Shown here piece after piece: positions 21,423-28,310 of a DNA stretch of 64,000 nucleotides. Numbering within the stretch: position 1 is the stretch's first letter; the number at the start of each line of letters is the position of its first letter. Under the pieces are notes generated by a model. The model was not told the origin of the DNA, ran no database searches, and worked only from the letters and a program-made list of their open reading frames with translations. The DNA comes from Bacteroidota bacterium (GTDB lineage Bacteria; Bacteroidota; Bacteroidia; Bacteroidales; JACABE01): contig JACABE010000008.1 in NCBI GenBank assembly GCA_013377005.1, positions 15,720 through 79,719 of the forward strand, given 5' to 3'. A program made the position numbers and the translations under genes.

Positions 21423-21487
21423 AATTAAAATTTTATTTTGTATATATTTATTGGGTTTCGAAAATAAAAAAAATAATTTTCTACCTA

Positions 21488-22129
21488 CTAATTATTATCT
21501 TCATCGGAATTTGCAGAATTTTTATCTATAATTATTCCTTTCTCTTTTAATTTTCTTACTATTGGCTCATTATTCATTGCATTTCTTTCAAAAAAACTTG
21601 CCTTGTTATATCGTTCAATTATTCTATCTACATCACTTTTAAAAATAAATGTATTTGAAAAAGTCATATTTTCTTTTGGAAAAACTAATAAATGATCAGG
21701 CAAATAATGAAAAGGTAATGTAAGTATTATTATAATAAAAATGATTGAAACAACCCAAATAAAAGCATTATTATTCTTCTTTTCAATAACTTTCTGTGGA
21801 AGCATAATTTTATAAACAGCATTTTTGTCGAATGCGAGCAGAGGTAAATAAATAAACGGGAGAAATAAAAAATAAAAAGTACTCCATGTATTATCACCAA
21901 ATCGTTTTACAAATAAATTAGCAGCCCAAATTATCCAAATAAGATTAAGATATGGTATACACATAAGAAATAACCACCACCATGGCTTCCCAATAATTTC
22001 AAGAAAAACAATTATATTATAAAAGGGAACTATAGTTGCCCATCCGTTTTTTCCTGCTTTCTCAAAAACAATCCACATACTTGATATACAAATAAACGCA
22101 AGTATTAATAATACATATAAGTAATTCAT
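21488..22129 (-). CDS. DUF5684-like membrane protein with a C-terminal extension
   Basis: WIVFEKAGKNGWATIVPFYNIIVFLEIIGKPWWW motif. The likely start is MNYLYV at 22129; the upstream extension overlaps the structured leader. Confidence 0.75.
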   Translation of the reverse strand: MNYLYVLLILAFICISSMWIVFEKAGKNGWATIVPFYNIIVFLEIIGKPWWWLFLMCIPYLNLIWIIWAANLFVKRFGDNTWSTFYFLFLPFIYLPLLAFDKNAVYKIMLPQKVIEKKNNNAFIWVVSIIFIIIILTLPFHYLPDHLLVFPKENMTFSNTFIFKSDVDRIIERYNKASFFERNAMNNEPIVRKLKEKGIIIDKNSANSDEDNN

Positions 22130-22186
22130 ATTATCTATTTTTTTGCCCAATTCTCTTCGGCGGTTAATAATTGATTTACACAAAAT

Positions 22187-22365
22187 AAAAAAGGGCATGA
22201 ACCTCAGCTTTGTTTTCAACTTCTGAAAGGTACGACCAAGCACCCGAGATCAATTGAAATAAGCAAAAGGAACACACCCATACGGATGCGTCCACTTAAG
22301 CTACTTCTCTGATCTCTGTTTAAAATTGGTCGTTTTATCAAAAGAGAAATGCTTTTAGCAACGCT
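22187..22365 (-). ncRNA. Candidate structured 5' leader (attenuator-like RNA)
   Basis: Nested complementary blocks: ACGACCAA 22232-39 with TTGGTCGT 22326-33, GAGATCA 22246-52 with TGATCTC 22310-16, and cap CGCATCC-GTAT-GGGTGTG. An alternative hairpin ends CATGCCC-TTTTTT on the minus strand. Confidence 0.6.
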
Positions 22366-22422
22366 ATTTTTTATAATATTTTAATTTCTACATGATATGG
22401 TATTGGTTATAAATATTGTGAA

Positions 22423-22430
22423 CAAATGTA
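22423..22430 (-). promoter_or_regulatory. Bacteroidota sigma-A -7 element (TACATTTG) upstream of the structured leader
   Basis: Matches the TAnnTTTG consensus on the minus strand. Confidence 0.6.
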
Positions 22431-22531
22431 CGACATAAATAAAATATAAAACAAATAATATGTAAATATTTTATTTGTTTCTAATTTTTACTTAATAAAC
22501 CACACCTTAGAACTTCTTAATTATAAAATCT

Positions 22532-22735
22532 TTCCGTCCATACATCCAATCCTTCCGTACTTCCAAACATTCTTCTTATACCTATACAAATACGCTCGGT
22601 ACGTATATAAAATTTAACAGTACCTACACAGCTTTTTTTATTTGCTGTACGTACTGCTGTATTCTGCAAATGTACTGCATAAATATGCAAATGTACGGTA
22701 AGAATCTGTGTGCGTACCGGCTGAATATGTGTATT
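22532..22735. repeat. Degenerate 21-bp-period repeat array in two inverted arms
   Basis: GTAC-like cores start at 22536 (GTCC), 22557, 22578 (ATAC), 22599 and 22620, then at 22651, 22672, 22693 and 22714. Spacing is exactly 21 bp within each arm. Confidence 0.8.
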
Positions 22736-22822
22736 ATATAAGGTTTTTCGTAACAAGTGAAAATAATTGATTTTTTTGCAAAAATATTTTCATAAAAATA
22801 CGATTGGAATAAATTTTCGTAT

Positions 22823-22830
22823 TACTTTTG
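22823..22830 (+). promoter_or_regulatory. Bacteroidota -7 element (TACTTTTG) upstream of 23056
   Basis: TAnnTTTG consensus, about 225 nt before the ATG. Confidence 0.55.
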
Positions 22831-22944
22831 TGATTGAATTAACAATAAAAATCTTCAATATTCGTTATTTATTTTTTAAATCAATACACAATGAAACATT
22901 CACGAAAAAGTAAATTTATCACACAAACGGATGATTATAAATTG

Positions 22945-23012
22945 AGTTAAGCGTTGAGCGGTGGTAATGACACTTAAAATATAAAGCAAAAATTAGTTAA
23001 GCGTTGAGCGGT
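22945..23012 (+). repeat. Two perfect 18-bp direct repeats, AGTTAAGCGTTGAGCGGT
   Basis: Copies at 22945-22962 and 22995-23012, a 50-bp period. Confidence 0.9.
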
Positions 23013-23055
23013 TTTATAAAACAATAATAATTTTAAACATAAAAAACATAAGCAA

Positions 23056-24024
23056 ATGAAAAAATCTCAACACACCTCCAAGGGTGTTTCTCAATCGAGA
23101 CAATTGGAAATTTCGAACAACATGCGTCAGTCATTTAATAATGATGTTGCAGCATTTACGGCTTTCGATCCTGAATTGAATGCTGACTATTCGGAGCAGC
23201 TAGGTCTTCAAATTACGGCAGTGGAAGCCATTCCGGCCGACTATATGCTGCTAGGCCAGCAAATGCAGAAAACCCAGAAGGTAATTACGTTCTCCAACGC
23301 AGCCATTGCCGCCGTCAGAACCATAAGGTATTACGTAGAAAAGGCTTTCCCTGACGAAGATCTTCACCTCTACGAATTTGGTTATCCCGAACTAAATAAG
23401 GTAATCAATACCCAAAGCAAGCTCATTTTGTTTCTGAAAAACTTCGTAGTTACGCTGAACAAATACAAAGCCGAACTCATACTTAAAGGCTTGTCGCAAA
23501 CCACTATTGATGAAATTACTCACCTCACCACCGATGTGGAAACCGCCAATATACAACAGGAACAGGCTAAAAAAGCCCGCTACGTTGCCACCGGCAACAG
23601 GGTAAAGGCTTACGACGAATTGTGGAAACTCATTGCTGCCATTGCCAAGGCTGGCAAAATTATTTTTGAAAACGATCCTATAAAACAACGCGAATATATT
23701 TTAGACGTTTCGCCTAAAAAGAAGACCGTTAAAGTGGCCGAAGCAGAAGTAAATGCTGCCATATTCCAGGGCACCGTTACCGATGCCGAAACCGACGAAG
23801 TGATAGAAGATGCTATGGTTGAAATTTTGGGCACCACCATCAGCACCACTACCGATGAGGATGGCGAATTTTACACCGACGAAGTAGTACCGGGCACATA
23901 CACCATTAAAATTACGGCTGTTGGTTACAAAGATTTCCAACAAAGCGGCATAGAACTAACTTCCGACAACGAAGATCAGGAATTTAGCTTTAGTCTCGCG
24001 AAAATGGTGGTAGAAGGGGTGTAA
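23056..24024 (+). CDS. Hypothetical protein: helical N-terminal domain plus C-terminal carboxypeptidase-regulatory-like beta-sandwich
   Basis: C-terminus GTVTDAETDEVIEDAMVEILGTTISTTTDEDGEFY...PGTYTIKITAVGY is typical of CarboxypepD_reg. There is no signal peptide, and the codons are more C-ending than in neighbouring genes. Confidence 0.8.
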   Translation: MKKSQHTSKGVSQSRQLEISNNMRQSFNNDVAAFTAFDPELNADYSEQLGLQITAVEAIPADYMLLGQQMQKTQKVITFSNAAIAAVRTIRYYVEKAFPDEDLHLYEFGYPELNKVINTQSKLILFLKNFVVTLNKYKAELILKGLSQTTIDEITHLTTDVETANIQQEQAKKARYVATGNRVKAYDELWKLIAAIAKAGKIIFENDPIKQREYILDVSPKKKTVKVAEAEVNAAIFQGTVTDAETDEVIEDAMVEILGTTISTTTDEDGEFYTDEVVPGTYTIKITAVGYKDFQQSGIELTSDNEDQEFSFSLAKMVVEGV

Positions 24025-24054
24025 TATTTTTATTTTAACCGATGACAGGATTCT

Positions 24055-24072
24055 ATAAATCCTTAGGCTTTA
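24055..24072 (+). repeat. Left direct repeat flanking the hipBST module (ATAAATCCTTAGGCTTTA)
   Basis: 17/18 identical to 25713-25730. Confidence 0.7.
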
Positions 24073-24116
24073 TATCCTCATACGAGAGAAAGAAAGCATG
24101 AAATGCTTTGAAATGA

Positions 24117-25061
24117 TTAGTAGTTTAACCTTGAAAACCTTTCATTAATAAGGCTCTTGAACTTAGTTTTGAAATCATTGCTTAAAAAGCTAATCTCAAT
24201 AAATTCCATCCATTTTATTTTTGAAGCTTTCATCTTCCTGAAAATATTCTCCTGCTGAATACTATCTATTTTAAAATTCTTGAATGCGGATACAAAATCA
24301 TTGCAGTTGAGTTTTTTCTTTTTCCCGTTTAGTGTTAATGCCATATCTTCATCATCGGCAGGATTCACGAGAGCAGTAGAAACAAGATCATAAGCAGGTG
24401 CTAAAACATAACCTGTAGCAGGCAGATTTATTAAAGAAAAATTCTTCAGATGCATATCCGCATTTCCTGTGAGAAATGAAAACAATAGCTGTTCAGAAAA
24501 ATTCACAATATCCAAACCCGGATGAGATGAATAGTTGTAAATAGTTTTTGCCACTTGCTCATAAGAACCTTGATATTTATCTTCGGTTAAATGTTCAGTT
24601 AACTGACACATATCTTCCATGTGAAACTTAGTTTTTTTGTTACGGTCTATTCTTTTGGTAATGTATGCCAGATTTCCCGACTGAAGTCTGATGAGACTGT
24701 GAGGTACAACTTTAATATTGGAAATTTCAGCCAAATGCATGCATACATCTTCCACTTCCGGTAACTGAGCATATTGCTGAGTGGGTGGTTTTAAAATATA
24801 ACTACCCCATAAACCAACAATTGTAAACCTTTTGATATCATTTTTATTTTCAGCAGGCGAAATATCCAATGATAATTTAGCCTGCACACCTGTAAGCGTC
24901 ATCTGACTTTTTACTACCTTCAATCCAAGTTCTTCCATTTCTGATTCCGTATAAGAAATCGCAGGGGGTAAAGCCATTCCAAATATCTTTTTACTACAAC
25001 CTGTATGAAAATCAATTTCATTAGATTTCAAATCTTTGTAACAGTATAAACATTTTTGCAT
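24117..25061 (-). CDS. HipA-family Ser/Thr kinase toxin (HipT-like, HipA_C domain)
   Basis: GVQAKLS, YILKP, HMEDMCQL, GNADMHLKNFS and LAPAYDL. Confidence 0.92.
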   Translation of the reverse strand: MQKCLYCYKDLKSNEIDFHTGCSKKIFGMALPPAISYTESEMEELGLKVVKSQMTLTGVQAKLSLDISPAENKNDIKRFTIVGLWGSYILKPPTQQYAQLPEVEDVCMHLAEISNIKVVPHSLIRLQSGNLAYITKRIDRNKKTKFHMEDMCQLTEHLTEDKYQGSYEQVAKTIYNYSSHPGLDIVNFSEQLLFSFLTGNADMHLKNFSLINLPATGYVLAPAYDLVSTALVNPADDEDMALTLNGKKKKLNCNDFVSAFKNFKIDSIQQENIFRKMKASKIKWMEFIEISFLSNDFKTKFKSLINERFSRLNY

Positions 25062-25063
25062 CT

Positions 25064-25390
25064 TTATCCCTCCTCTGTTATAGCATGAACACTTACGGCA
25101 CCAATACAGTCTTTACAGCAAGCCAATAACAATCCCATTCGGTCTCTGGGATTGAGTTTCCAGTTTTTTTCAGCGATATCCAGCAACCATCCTTCAGGAA
25201 TTAATCCATCGAAAAACGGGAATAAAACTTTACTGTCAAAAGCTTGCTGTTGCAATGGTAATGTAAGACTTACAGGATAAGCACCGGATATTTTCAGATA
25301 ATCTTCGCTATATGTAAAATGATAGCCATTTTCGTCCTGTAACAGCCATCCGGCGGTTATATTCAGTATTTTTACTTCAGCTTTTCTCAT
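25064..25390 (-). CDS. HipA N-terminal domain protein (Couple_hipA / HipS-like)
   Basis: AGWL...YHFTY...VSLTLPL...LFPFFDGLIPEGWL...DCIGAVSV. Confidence 0.9.
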   Translation of the reverse strand: MRKAEVKILNITAGWLLQDENGYHFTYSEDYLKISGAYPVSLTLPLQQQAFDSKVLFPFFDGLIPEGWLLDIAEKNWKLNPRDRMGLLLACCKDCIGAVSVHAITEEG

Positions 25391-25599
25391 AGCGAATAGT
25401 TATTACGGTTGATGGGTATTGCACCCACCTGATGACCAAAAAGCTGTAATACCTGATTTACTTTATCTAAGCGTAAACTTAGCTTTCCTTGTTCTAATTC
25501 TCTTACAAAGCGAAGTCCTACGCCTGCTTTTTCAGCCAACTCCTTTTGTGTAAGATGTGCAAGACGTCTTTTTTCTTTGATAAATTGATACATTTCCAT
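25387..25599 (-). CDS. HipB-like (y4mF-type) XRE-HTH regulator/antitoxin
   Basis: LTQKELAEKAGVGLRFVRELEQGK HTH; ATGA-type overlap with the next gene. Confidence 0.9.
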   Translation of the reverse strand: MEMYQFIKEKRRLAHLTQKELAEKAGVGLRFVRELEQGKLSLRLDKVNQVLQLFGHQVGAIPINRNNYSL

Positions 25600-25603
25600 A
25601 AAA

Positions 25604-25661
25604 TAATCCTTTTCGGGTACAAATATACTATATATTTTAATTATATACCCTTTAGGGTATA
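25604..25661 (-). promoter_or_regulatory. hipB promoter (TATATTTG at 25620-25627) with flanking operator-like palindromes
   Basis: Perfect inverted repeat TATACCCT-TT-AGGGTATA at 25644-25661, and a degenerate copy TAATCCTTTTCGGGTAC at 25604-25620. Confidence 0.7.
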
Positions 25662-25712
25662 ATTTATTTATTCATAAATAGTATAATTTGTGGATAAGCG
25701 GTAGGTTAATTC

Positions 25713-25730
25713 ATAAATCCTTTGGCTTTA
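25713..25730 (+). repeat. Right direct repeat flanking the hipBST module (ATAAATCCTTTGGCTTTA)
   Basis: 17/18 identical to 24055-24072. Confidence 0.7.
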
Positions 25731-25796
25731 AGTACTAAGAATCATTTATTGTCAAATTTAAAATATAACATTAATTTTTCTAATGTATTTTTCATG

Positions 25797-25924
25797 AACG
25801 CGGATGACGCAGATCCCTTAGGGAAACGCTGATAAAACGGATTATTAATATATATGCAAATCAAAACATTCTGAATAATTCGCGAAAATCTGCGTTTACG
25901 GAACGTATCCGTTTAATCAGCGTT
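25797..25924. repeat. REP/REPIN-like nested inverted repeat element
   Basis: AACGCGGATGACGCAGAT (25797-814) and AACGCTGATAAAACGGAT (25825-842) are followed by the inverted copies ATTCGCGAAAATCTGCGTTT (25878-897) and ATCCGTTTAATCAGCGTT (25907-924). Confidence 0.75.
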
Positions 25925-25979
25925 CTAATGTTATTATACATTTATTACCGAAACTAAAAATATGCGTATATACTGTTTA

Positions 25980-26804
25980 CTACTTATATCCTTTTTCAAC
26001 AACTACTTTCACAATTGCTTTAAACCAATTAAAAGGCAGGATTTTTCGGGCTAACAACACTGCCTTGGCCTGGATGCCGGCAGGAAATCGCAAGCGATAG
26101 CTTGTATTGGTTGCCGCTTGATAGATTTTCTTTACAACAACGTCAGGTCCGGGAGCATCGTTGCCTACTTTTTGTGTGTTGGCAAATGCTATTTGAGCAT
26201 AGTTATCATAATCGGTAAGTCCTTCTTTTTTAAACAAATCTTGTGATCGGGCATAAAAATCGGTTTTTATGGCACCCGGTTCTATGTTTTTAACTCTAAT
26301 ATTAAACGGGCGAAGCTCATACTGCAAAGCCTCCGTAAAACCTTCCAAGGCAAACTTAGAAGCATTGTAAATACTATAAATCGGGAATGTAACAAAGCCT
26401 GCTATTGACGAAATATTTATGATACATCCATCTTTTCTTTTTCTGAAATAAGGCAAAATTTCGCGAATTACGTTCATTACACCAAAAACATTGGTGTCGA
26501 ATTGACGTTGGATTTGTTCTTTTTGGGCAGCCTCAAAAATACCCACACCACCATATCCTGCATTATTTATTATTACATCTATCCCGCCAAAACATTCGAT
26601 AGCATCAGCAATAGCTTTCTGAATACTCTCGCTATTGGTAACATCCAATGTAAATAATTTTACATTTTCCAATGTGTTCAATTCTTTTTCTTTGGAAGGA
26701 TCTCGCATAGTAGCAGCTACATTCCAGCCTTTTTGTGCAAAGTATTTTACTGAAGCTTTTCCAATACCTGAAGAACTTCCTGTGATTAAAACTGTTTTTT
26801 GCAT
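25980..26804 (-). CDS. Short-chain dehydrogenase/reductase
   Basis: TGSSSGIG, NNAG, NISS, YNASK and IEPG. Confidence 0.95.
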   Translation of the reverse strand: MQKTVLITGSSSGIGKASVKYFAQKGWNVAATMRDPSKEKELNTLENVKLFTLDVTNSESIQKAIADAIECFGGIDVIINNAGYGGVGIFEAAQKEQIQRQFDTNVFGVMNVIREILPYFRKRKDGCIINISSIAGFVTFPIYSIYNASKFALEGFTEALQYELRPFNIRVKNIEPGAIKTDFYARSQDLFKKEGLTDYDNYAQIAFANTQKVGNDAPGPDVVVKKIYQAATNTSYRLRFPAGIQAKAVLLARKILPFNWFKAIVKVVVEKGYK

Positions 26805-26815
26805 ATTAAATTTAT

Positions 26816-28297
26816 TTATTTTAAGCTGTCAAAATCAACACCTAATTGTTTATTTTCAACAAAATCGAAGAGTGTAAGTTTACGTATTTCGTAATATGTA
26901 TTCCAAAACGAACGCAAAGCAGCAATATAATCCTGTGTGGCTCGGTCTTTTTCGGTCATGGCAATGTTTAGCTCGGTAATATCAACTTTGCCAATCATGT
27001 AACGAGCCTTGGTAACTTCAAAACGCTTTTCGCCAATAGTATCGGCTTTTGCAGCTATCGTTAACTGAGTGTGCTGCATATTAAATTGCATTACTTTAAT
27101 CAGTATTTGCTGATCGAAATCAATTTTTTGTTGAGCTACTTGGGTATTTACAAGTTCTTCGTTCGATTGTGCCATCTTTATTTTGGCACGAGCCAAGCCC
27201 CAATCGAGAATTGGAATTTGAATACCTAACGAAAGCTGTTGCTGATCCTGAGGGTTTTTATAAGCATTTGCAAATTCAATCGCACTTTGTGTTAAGCCAT
27301 ACATTGCATACAAATTGGCATTAAACCGATTTTCCATTTTAGCTTTATTCACCGAACTTTGAGCTTCTAAAAGTTTCCGTTGATATGAAAGAACTTCTGA
27401 ACTATTACTCCGGGCTTCAGCAATGGCTTTGGTAGCATCTACTTTATAATCGGGCATGTGTTTTGGAATTACCAACTCAATCTTTTCATCACCCCGCATC
27501 CCCAAAAAAGACTTTAATTTAAAATGAGTTACTTCCACATCGTTGCGTGTTTGTTCTACTTGCAAATTTGAGTTCAGCAAACTCAGTTCAAGTTGAAGCA
27601 ATTCATTCTCCGCAATTTTACCTAAATTATAACGTCCCTGAGCAATTTTGTATAATGTGTCGTTGTTTGCCTGATTAATACGGGCTATATTAGCTCTGAT
27701 TTGTGCATCTAATAAATCGAAAAACAAATTAGCAGCTTTAATTGACAATTGTTCCCTGTCTTCGATATAAGATTGTTTGGCTTCATCGTAGAGAATAGGT
27801 TCTATTTTACGTTCCCAGCGGTAAGGATTATAATTAAAAATTGGTTGACGATAGCCCACAGAAACAGGTGTTGACAAATAAGAAGTCGAAGTCATTGTAG
27901 AATTATCATATAAATCCAATCGTTGGATACCTGAATTTAAAAATAATTGTCCACCGGTAATTCCTATAATTTTTGAAAGGCTCATCTGCAAAGAATAATC
28001 AGCAGAACGCTGTTCCTTAAAAATTTCACTACCATCCGACAAAGTGATTTTAGAAATACTCCTGTTGATATTCGGTAAAGTTCCATCAAATGTGAGCATA
28101 GGCATATAGGAAGCCTTGTAACTTCGATATTTCCAATAGCTTCCTAAGTATTTATTTTTAGCCACCAAGCCATCGGGCGATTGCGTTTTGGCAATGGTAA
28201 TTACATCCTCAAATCTGAGAATTTTAATATTCTCTTGGGCTTTCGCCGAAAAGCTAATTGCCAATATTATTGTTATTATTGAAAAATATATTTTCAT
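26816..28297 (-). CDS. TolC-family outer membrane efflux protein
   Basis: Signal peptide MKIYFSII...AKAQ, OEP-type repeats (GIQIPILDWG, RYMIGK), and position downstream of the MFP and permease genes. An alternative start lies at 28318. Confidence 0.88.
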   Translation of the reverse strand: MKIYFSIITIILAISFSAKAQENIKILRFEDVITIAKTQSPDGLVAKNKYLGSYWKYRSYKASYMPMLTFDGTLPNINRSISKITLSDGSEIFKEQRSADYSLQMSLSKIIGITGGQLFLNSGIQRLDLYDNSTMTSTSYLSTPVSVGYRQPIFNYNPYRWERKIEPILYDEAKQSYIEDREQLSIKAANLFFDLLDAQIRANIARINQANNDTLYKIAQGRYNLGKIAENELLQLELSLLNSNLQVEQTRNDVEVTHFKLKSFLGMRGDEKIELVIPKHMPDYKVDATKAIAEARSNSSEVLSYQRKLLEAQSSVNKAKMENRFNANLYAMYGLTQSAIEFANAYKNPQDQQQLSLGIQIPILDWGLARAKIKMAQSNEELVNTQVAQQKIDFDQQILIKVMQFNMQHTQLTIAAKADTIGEKRFEVTKARYMIGKVDITELNIAMTEKDRATQDYIAALRSFWNTYYEIRKLTLFDFVENKQLGVDFDSLK

Positions 28298-28310
28298 TTT
28301 ATTTAATACT

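Noticed and set aside
19902-22186. Integron-like cassette array (co-oriented AT-rich genes)
   Set aside because: I found no repeated attC-like inverted repeat between the genes and no integrase. The intergenic sequences are dissimilar.
22130-22243. N-terminal extension of the DUF5684-like ORF
   Set aside because: It runs through the structured leader and U-run. The hydrophobic domain begins at Met 22129.
22517-22756. 79-aa minus-strand ORF as a real gene
   Set aside because: Its heptad-like pattern (VRTQILT/VHLHIYA/VHLQNTA) follows directly from the 21-bp DNA period, and the pattern changes at the symmetry centre. It has a TTG start and no recognisable family. Translation cannot be fully excluded.
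22945-23012. CRISPR array
   Set aside because: Only two repeats, 18 bp long, not palindromic, and no cas genes in the window. Kept as a direct-repeat finding only.
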